A stretch of 64,000 bases of DNA from an uncultured Acidobacteriota bacterium (GTDB taxonomy: Bacteria; Acidobacteriota; Blastocatellia; RBC074). Every line of letters begins with the position of its first letter. Positions within the stretch are counted from its first letter, which is position 1. A program made the translations under genes and the position numbers. The stretch is from positions 64,001 to 128,000 of the forward strand of contig CAWCKY010000001.1 in the NCBI GenBank assembly GCA_963796275.1. Direction: 5' to 3'. Below are positions 56,401 to 64,000 of this stretch, one piece after another. Below the pieces are notes generated by a model. It did no database searches. It was not told the DNA's origin and saw only the letters and a list, made by a program, of their open reading frames with translations.

Positions 56401-57014
56401 ATGTTTCCTCCTTTTATTTCCCAACTGGTTCGTTGTATTTCCTATTGTTAGTTTCCGGCAAACTCGCTCAATTTTGGATCGGAGCGGCGTCATTTAAATT
56501 TTATACTTTGGCTGACGTGGTGCAGGACTTGAACACACCTCGACCCTTTACCGTCCGCAGTAGTTCATCCAGCCCTATATCACAGGGTTAATAAGCTGGG
56601 CCGAATTCCACAAGCTTTGATTGTTCTTCCTGGTGAAGGCCAATCGGCATTCGCGGTTGATTTGCGCGGATTTTACTCGGCGCTTCTCTCACTGGAAATG
56701 AGTTCACCGGATTGCCAAATTTAACCTTCTCTCTTTGTTCTACTTTTACGTCGTATTCACTATATTAAGAGCTCAGTACGTGAGGTGGAGAGGGGAGTGG
56801 TACTGTTTCTCACTAATATAAGACGTGGAATTTTGCCTCTCGTACCACTGTAGCAAAAATTAATTCACATTCGCTCATAAGCAATAGATGCGGAACTGAG
56901 GCAAATGTGTCCAAGGCTTCAAATCTGCTAAGATATGATTCTGCCAAGATCATGGAAGGGTTGACAGCACAAGATGTTGTGGTTCGACGTCGCTTTGCTC
57001 TCTCTCGAAATCTA

Positions 57015-57185
57015 ATCCGCCAAATATGCCAACGATGTCTTTAGCGGGTGCACGACAGAAGACCAAATTGCAGGTCTCGAAGCCCGGCTTGGCCATAGTC
57101 TAACTCCGTCGTATCGCGCTTTTCTTAAGGTCACGGACGGGTTTCGGCTGCCGGGCATGAGTATCGAACGCCTACTTTCCCTCAA
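57015..57185 (+). pseudogene. SMI1/KNR4 immunity fragment
   Basis: TEDQIAGLEARLGHSLTPSYRAFLKVTDG. Confidence 0.7.
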
Positions 57186-57215
57186 TATCTCAGGCGCCAT
57201 TTCGATCTCACACTG

Positions 57216-57655
57216 TCAATTCAATTCCACGAGCCGCCTCGCGAGAAAACGGCGCTCCGGTTCCTGCCGCGCCAGGGCGAGGGCCTTCTCATACGAAGCA
57301 CGTGCCTCCGGAATCCGCCCTAATCTCCGACACATATCCGCACGGGCAGAGTGCGCGAAGTGATAGTGGGAGAGGTGCTCGCGCGCCAGCAAGTCATCGA
57401 TAAGACAAAGACCTTGCTCCGGACCTTCGCACATGGCGATAGCCACTGCACGGTTAAGCTCGACAACCGAGGATGGCTGAATCCGAAGCAACCGGTCGTA
57501 GAGCAGCGTAATCTGGCGCCAGTCCGTGGATGCCGCAGAGGAACTCTCGGCGTGAACGGCCGCAAGGGGCGCCTGCAGAGTGTAGGCACCGAAGCGGCGA
57601 GATCGAAGAGCGCTTTCGGTGAGCGAGATGCCTTCGGCGATCTGGTCCCTGTAAA
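57216..57655 (-). pseudogene. C-terminal fragment of an ECF sigma factor with a TPR-like extension (DUF6596 type)
   Basis: TDWRQI, PSSVVELNRAVA, ERRFLARRL. Confidence 0.8.
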
Positions 57656-57909
57656 GCCTTCAAGGCTGGTCTATCCCTTCATCCTTCTTGCGTATGCCTC
57701 TCCACCTATAAACGCTTCGTTTGGGTGGAGAGGCATGCGCTGACACTTTCGCATATAAACATTTGTCTCGGGTAAAACACTTGCGGCGCATTAAACAGAT
57801 GGATGTTCATCAGCTCGACTGCAATCACAGGGCCATCGCTGAGCTAGCGAAGGCCGTTGCGCAGCTCTCGAAGCACGTTGGATATCAAACTAATTGTAAT
57901 CAGGATATC

Positions 57910-58219
57910 TAAGTACTCTGTAACTTAAGATTTTTGATATATTGCTGTAGCCCGCGAAGCGGGCAATAGGATAAAGCCCAGGGTGGAGGCGAAGCCGGAA
58001 CCCTGGGTATCTCGTCACCATGTCGCGGGAGCCCACGAAGTGGGCGATAGACCTTAAAATTGCGTGGTTGATCCCAAACTCTGTCGCCCATTTCATGGGC
58101 TTGAATCAATTTATCATGACTCACCCAGGGTTCCGGCTTCGCCTCCACCCTGGGCTTTATCCTATCGCCCGCTTCGCGGGCTACAGCAATATCAAAAATC
58201 TTAAGTTACGGAGTACTTA
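57910..58219. mobile_element. MITE with IS630 ends and ~100-bp inverted arms containing REP-like sequences
   Basis: tactctgtaacttaag ... cttaagttacggagta; non-coding; TA at both edges. Confidence 0.8.
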
Positions 58220-59416
58220 ATACTCTGTAACTTAAGTTGTCTTGTATTCTAGATTATCAGCAAAAACATGCTGATAATGCTTATGCATCTTGCTTCTGGC
58301 AGTTTCGATGGAGAACTGCCAATTGATTTTGATCTGCTTTTCGCTGCGTTCTTTGACAAGCGCTAAAACTTGTTTCTCTAATTGCTGGATGGTCGGAATC
58401 CGCCGATCCAAACACTGGCGCGCCAGCGCCGAGAATTCACATTCGATCATGTTCAACCAACTAGCTGACTTGGGCGTGTAGTGAAACTCGAAGCGTTGCG
58501 AAAGGGCGAAGGCTTGGGCCGCCGGAAAATGTTGGTAAAAAGCACTCGTCGTGTGCGTACTTAAATTGTCCTGCACTAACCGAATCTTGATCGCCTCCGG
58601 ATAGTTGGTGGCCAGTTCTTTGAGAAACAGCGCATACTCTCGCATGGTGCGTCGTGGCTCCACGCGCGCCAGGCGTTGACCTGTTAAAGGCTCAATCCCG
58701 CAAGCAAACTGCACGATCCCTCTTTTTTATAGGCGTAATGCTCCTTGCTGACTTGACCACTTTGCATCCCAAGCGGCTCAACTACTTCCCCAATCAGGAA
58801 ACACGGCCGTTCATCGAAGCAAATGACTGGGTATTGCGGATCGTAAGGTTGACCATAGAGCCATAAGAGTTTTTCCATCCGTGCGATAAACTCGCCATTG
58901 ATTCGGCCAATGCACCAGGTCTGCTTGAGATGCGGCTTCAACTCGTTTTTTTGAGAATCCGGCCGACGTGGGTATGCGAAATCTCTTCGCAATATTCCGC
59001 CTCGACCACCTTCTCGGCGAGCAAGCGCAGGCTCCACTTGGCGTGTCCTTCTGGCGTCTCGCTACAGGCTAAAGCCGTGATTTTGGCTCGCAGCTTGCCG
59101 TCGATCTCCGGCGGGCGCCCCGACCGCGGGGCATCTTCCAGGCACTTCAAGCCTTGCTTTTTGTAGCCATCGCGCCAGGCCGCGACCGTTACGTAGCTAA
59201 CTCCTAAGGTCTCTGCCACGGCGGTTAGCGTTTTGCCGCGATCAAGTTCGAGTAACCCGGTGGCCCGCTTGAACGTTTTGGCCGGTAGTTTTCCCTTGGA
59301 GATCAGAGACTCCAAGTAGGCTCGGTCCTTGGCGCTTAATTTAACGTGCCGTTTTTTCATCTCCTCATTATCAGGGAGATGCGTTAGATTATCAAACAAC
59401 TTAAGTTACAGACTAC
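58220..59416 (-). mobile_element. IS630 family element: split orfA/orfB plus an extra frameshift ~58700
   Basis: DAPRSGRP, AAAAAAC slip site, CFDERP, VQDNLSTH, YTPKSASWLNMIE; IRs; TA flanks. Confidence 0.92.
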
Positions 59417-59658
59417 TAAGAAGGAGAATGTATTTGTCAGCGATCACGGTCAAGCGGGATTTTCGTTACCAGTAGCAGTCATGCAAATCTCATACGACGT
59501 TTCGCCAAGGCAGAAGAAGTAGTGCATATGGCGCGTATCTGTGCAGTGAACTGGCCTCTGCAACCACGAGAGCTCCATCCGTGCAGACGGCGGTACGCTT
59601 CGTAGCCCATTTTAACTATTTCCTCACTTGTATTAGTTGCCAGACCGGACAAACTTCC

Positions 59659-59694
59659 GTGAGGGGTCGGCAAGCCGGCTTGCCGACCCCTCAC
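59659..59694. repeat. Perfect 36-bp palindrome (REP-like)
   Basis: gtgaggggtcggcaagcc|ggcttgccgacccctcac. Confidence 0.8.
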
Positions 59695-59744
59695 AAATCA
59701 ACCATCGAGTTCAAATGGATTTACGATATAGAGGAGAAAACCAA

Positions 59745-60056
59745 ATGATTTCTGTCAGTGTGATTTATCCGAACGAGGCTGGAAAGAAATTCGACTTTGA
59801 CTACTACTTAAACGAGCACATCCCGATGGCGCAACAAAAATTAGGCTCTGCATGTAAGCGCATCGCAGTCGAACACGGCCTGGCTGGAGCGACACCCGGA
59901 GCGTCAGCGGCATTTATAGCGATAGTCCATCTCTATTTTGATTCCACCGAGGCGTTTCAAACTGCGTTTAGCCCTAACGCTGAAGAGATTATGGGCGACA
60001 TCCCCAATTACACAGACATTCAACCTATTATTCAGATTAGCGAAGTAAAGATTTAG
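59745..60056 (+). CDS. EthD family protein
   Basis: FDFDYYLNEHIP, DIPNYTDIQP; RBS GAGGAG. Confidence 0.9.
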   Translation: MISVSVIYPNEAGKKFDFDYYLNEHIPMAQQKLGSACKRIAVEHGLAGATPGASAAFIAIVHLYFDSTEAFQTAFSPNAEEIMGDIPNYTDIQPIIQISEVKI

Positions 60057-61706
60057 GGCGCAACGTCCAGCTTCATGTCCAACAGATGAAAGGATTATTC
60101 GATTCGTTTAGGATTTGCATTTCCGCCAGTCGGACCAACTCACGCAGCAAATCCGCATTGACTGGATCATCCGTGTCCTTGTGCCGCCACGGCGCCGCAA
60201 GGACACGGAGGGAGCATCGGTGCTTCGCGGCAAACGCCGGACCATGATGTACTAGTGTTGATTGGGGATTTCGGAGGCGGAACCAGCGACTTTCATTGAT
60301 CAGGTTGGGTCAGGTAGCGAAACAGGAGCAGGACAACCGTATCTTAGGGAACGACGGCGTCGGGATCACCGGTGATGCATTAGACAGCGAAGTCGCATGT
60401 CGGCTTATACCGGGGTTGGGGTCGCAGTTCAGATACTTGAAAGGTACTGCCCATGCCTTCATGGTTATATCAGAAGCTGAGTAGCTGGCACCACGTTCCT
60501 CCTTAAAGATCAGCAGATAACCGGTATGCTGCCAGAGATCAGGACGCAATCGCTGGAGCCAGATAAAGACCGACGCGCTTTTGCATATTATCAAGAACGA
60601 TCTCGTGTACAAACGATACCAGTCGATAGGGCGCGCCAAAACAGAGCGCTCAGCTAATGAGCTGAGTCTCTTCTTTTAAAGGACCTCCCGGTTGAGATCA
60701 GAGAAGGTTCGCAGCCTCGATTTCGAAACCTGGATTCAGATGGATACGATGCCCGCGAATACGACGTCGCCTGATGAGGGCATGGCGTCCCGGTGGGAGG
60801 GGGTGTCGGCTCAGTGTGCTGCCTCGCTTCCCCCAGATCATTTCCTTTGCCATCTTCTGCCAATCTGCCTAAAATGGAACCCGATAGCGGTCTCATCCGC
60901 GCTGTCGGATCGTGGTTCAGCTTGACTTAGGGGTGAGATAGTTACGGCAGACTTTGGAGAGCAAAATGTTGGAGAGTAAAATGACGAACGGCGAACAAAA
61001 AGTGCTTTGGCGCGGAGTAGCTGCTGGCACGATTATGGGTATGGCCATCGGCCTCATAATAGGATTGTTCATCGTGATATCGTGAAGAAACCGGGGCTCT
61101 TAGCGTCGCTGGCCCGGTAATTAGGATGCTTTTGCAGCCTCGACCAGCTTCACGATATCGCCGCTATCCCAAAGGCGCCGATTCAACGTCAGCGGCTATG
61201 GCAAGAGCGCTTCTCAGCGCATCCTACCTGCGATCTGCTCAACTATTTACGAGGCTCCTGGCAACTGATGAGTCGCACACACTCCTACCACTGATACGAA
61301 CCAAATCAAGCATCTCACCAACCGCGTCAAACAGTGCGAACCAACCGGACGTCGCGACCCCGAGGAGGCGGTCCGCGTCCGAGTCCGTCTCTTGCGGGAG
61401 CTGGCGGCTAGCCGCGAGTTGCTGGTGGCCGCTCACCTGCCGTTCCCGTCCGTCGGCCGGGTGGCGGTCGCCGGCGATGTGTTTCGTTTTGTACCGGCCA
61501 TCTGGGAGTACTGACCGCTTTGTATATCGGCGGCGGGAGCGCGGGCGTCCTGTCACATTACGTGCAAATAAAAGGCCGATAAAGAAGCGGTTTCAACACA
61601 AAGGGTCAAAGGTCAAAGGAGAAGTATCGATCTTTCGGCTGTAGGCGGTGGGTCGCTAGGCGCTGGCGGTGGCTCTAGGTAAGGAATCGCGGTGGCGATG
61701 GGGGCC

Positions 61707-62786
61707 TTACGGAATCGGAGTGGACGATGGCGCATGGCTGGTGGCCTCTTCGTATTTCTGCTTCGCTTTAAGCGCCAGTTGCTTGGCTTCGGCGAAGTCT
61801 CCGTTGGTAAGCGCTGTGTGGGCGGCGAGACGCGCTTGCTCAGCTTCCCGCCATAGTTGCTGCGCGACCTGCGAAGCCTGGGCGTTGCGCGCATAGGCGC
61901 GGTCGCTTTGGATTTTGTCGAGCAGTTTCAGGGCCTCATTACGGTCGTTCTGCCGGACGACCAGTTCATCCCAGATTTGCGACACGCGCTGATAACCCTG
62001 CTCGGCGTCCTTGAATCGTTGTTGATGAAAGGCAATCTCAGCTTCGCGCCACGCGCCCTGCGCTTCGACGACTTTTGCCGCGAATCCTTGCCGCTTGTCG
62101 AATTGCTGTATTCGCTTGATGGCCGCGTCGGCCTCTTTGCGGCGGATGGTGGCGTCGGCCTTTGTCCCGAAGAACTTCTCCTGCCCAAACTGCCATATCG
62201 TTTTGCCGTAAACCAAGAGAAGTGCGCCTACGACTAGCACCGCCACCCAACGCTCCGGATGCCTGGGACGCAATGACTGCAGCCATCCGGCTGACCGAGC
62301 TACAACGGGTTTCGGTGTCGGTCGAACGTTGAGAGATTTCCTCTGCTTTTTGCGCGGAAAGTTGGGCGATGATGGCGTTTGATATTTCGGCGCCGCCGCG
62401 CGGGGCGCGGCAGTTCGAAATACATCTCGCTTGACGTCAGCGGGTATGCGCTTATGATCGCGGATTTCGTAGATGGCGTTTCGTAGATGCTTGGCCGCAC
62501 GTTTAATCTCCGCTTCGGTGTGAGACTTTTCGCAATTTTCAGGATGCACGATGCAGTTGCGCACGCCGATGGCAAAGAAGATGTCAGGCACATTTCTGAA
62601 AAGGCGTCTGTTGGCGTTGACCCTCTCACCAAAACCGACATTCTTCCCATCTTTCGGCATGACATTCGGGTTGATAAGACTCAATAGATAGCCAAGTAAA
62701 GATACTAACTTCGTAACCTGGGTATCAGCGGCATACTCTTGTTCAATTTTTGAAATTGGGTAAATGCCTTGCGGAAGCATCTTCAT
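61707..62786 (-). CDS. Hypothetical membrane protein with a helical C-terminal region
   Basis: RBS GGAGG; N-terminal RNCIVH, central TM, coiled C-terminus. Confidence 0.7.
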   Translation of the reverse strand: MKMLPQGIYPISKIEQEYAADTQVTKLVSLLGYLLSLINPNVMPKDGKNVGFGERVNANRRLFRNVPDIFFAIGVRNCIVHPENCEKSHTEAEIKRAAKHLRNAIYEIRDHKRIPADVKRDVFRTAAPRAAAPKYQTPSSPNFPRKKQRKSLNVRPTPKPVVARSAGWLQSLRPRHPERWVAVLVVGALLLVYGKTIWQFGQEKFFGTKADATIRRKEADAAIKRIQQFDKRQGFAAKVVEAQGAWREAEIAFHQQRFKDAEQGYQRVSQIWDELVVRQNDRNEALKLLDKIQSDRAYARNAQASQVAQQLWREAEQARLAAHTALTNGDFAEAKQLALKAKQKYEEATSHAPSSTPIP

Positions 62787-62815
62787 TACCTCCGTATACC
62801 TTATATACTCATAGC

Positions 62816-62956
62816 CTACCGTGCAGGCAATAGCTTGATGGCGACATCGCGCTCGACCCGTGTGTCACGCGCGCGCCAGACTTCGCCCATCCCGCCGGCG
62901 CCGAGTGAAGCGAGGATTTCGTAGTGATCGAAATTAGCTCCAGAAACTATATTCAT
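62816..62956 (-). pseudogene. Ser/Thr kinase N-terminal fragment
   Basis: [32 protein letters not shown]. Confidence 0.9.
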
Positions 62957-64000
62957 AAATTGCCACCTGATTAGCGTCCACCGTTCTCATCGCTCGGGAC
63001 CGGAATAAGAAGTAACTCCTGATAGTCGAAGTTGAAATCGGTCAGTAGCGAGACGGGAACCATCTGACCGTGACTGCGCGATGCTTCAGCATTTGATCTG
63101 AAAACTACAGCAGCCGCCTTCTCTGGCCGTGGCCTGAAACCGGGATACCTTAGGCGCGGATGGCGGCTGCACGCCCTCGGAATCTAACGCTCCCATGACA
63201 GCCATTTCTCTTATGACGCGACAAATTGTCACGTTTCGAGCCGTCGTCCGAATTGATTGTTCGTCACTCTCCTTGTATAATCAGCAGCATAGCAGAAGGC
63301 AGGCGTCCGGCACCCATGTTGCCGGGCAATTATGTCGGTCTGCTCCGATTCGACGCATAAAGCAATTGTTGACACGACCTCACCGATAATAAGAAACGCC
63401 ACTGTGTCAATCCGATCCTTGATGTAACGATACAACCCCACTCGAGCATAAGCTTTTCCCCCTTAATATGTTGGCTGAAGACTGACCTTATCGACGTGCG
63501 CCAGTATTCAGCCGAATCCATTATAGAAATCATCAGCGGAGTAAGGAGTGATAGATCCCCTCGCAAGCCCGTAAACATTGGCCAATCGCGCAGGTTATCT
63601 TCCTATTCAACTGAAAACCGCTTTAACGAATTCGCCCACACAGCTTTGAACATCGAAAGGGAAATTCTGGATGCATAAGTCTGTGCGAGGCTGCTATATA
63701 TTTCTTGCGACCTTATTTGTGATTTTTTTCATTTGCGAAGCGCCGGGCTTGGCTAATGTTATCGTCCAACAAAAACAGGGCGATTCAACAGGTGAGATAG
63801 CCGATCAGATGGCCGAGAATCTGCGGCGTTTGCCGCAAAAACTCTCCGAGGCTTTGGCCGGACAATCGTCACAGAAAGCGAAGGGGGAATCAGGTCAACC
63901 ATCGCTCCAGGCCTCCGTATCTGAAGCGGTTCCCCAATCATCAAGGCATCAGTCCTCATCGGGGCAGAATACACAGGGGACCGGACAGGATCAGGGCGAT

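Noticed and set aside
60060-61700. Several short ORFs and GC-rich stretches
   Set aside because: No supportable product or structure; probably decayed DNA

Overview
A heavily decayed accessory/island region, probably from an Acidobacteriota (Blastocatellia-like) genome judging by gene content (inference only). It is a mosaic of IS elements: an IS91-like Y2 transposase + tyrosine recombinase element, IS256, three IS6 copies, IS630 with an adjacent MITE, and IS66, IS3 and Mu-like remnants. A 3' half tRNA-Arg att site lies at ~44.05 kb. Many genes are pseudogenes: a CHAT/anti-sigma/ECF locus, an arsM-aqp-arsC/arsR operon, an HMA protein with an in-frame stop at its CxxC position, a doc toxin and an amidohydrolase. 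The most notable observations are: (1) an intact DUF3800 (RNase H-like) gene faced by a convergent ~100-nt structured RNA with its own sigma70 promoter and terminator; (2) four identically spaced TGTCCAATATTGGACA class II promoters beside duplicated Crp/Fnr genes; (3) a probable fossil CxxU selenoprotein with a SECIS-like hairpin; (4) two dif-like sites in direct repeat; (5) an IS630-ended MITE carrying REP-like repeats; (6) an IS91/recombinase element apparently inserted in an attC-like site. All family assignments come from motif recognition by eye; no database searches were run.
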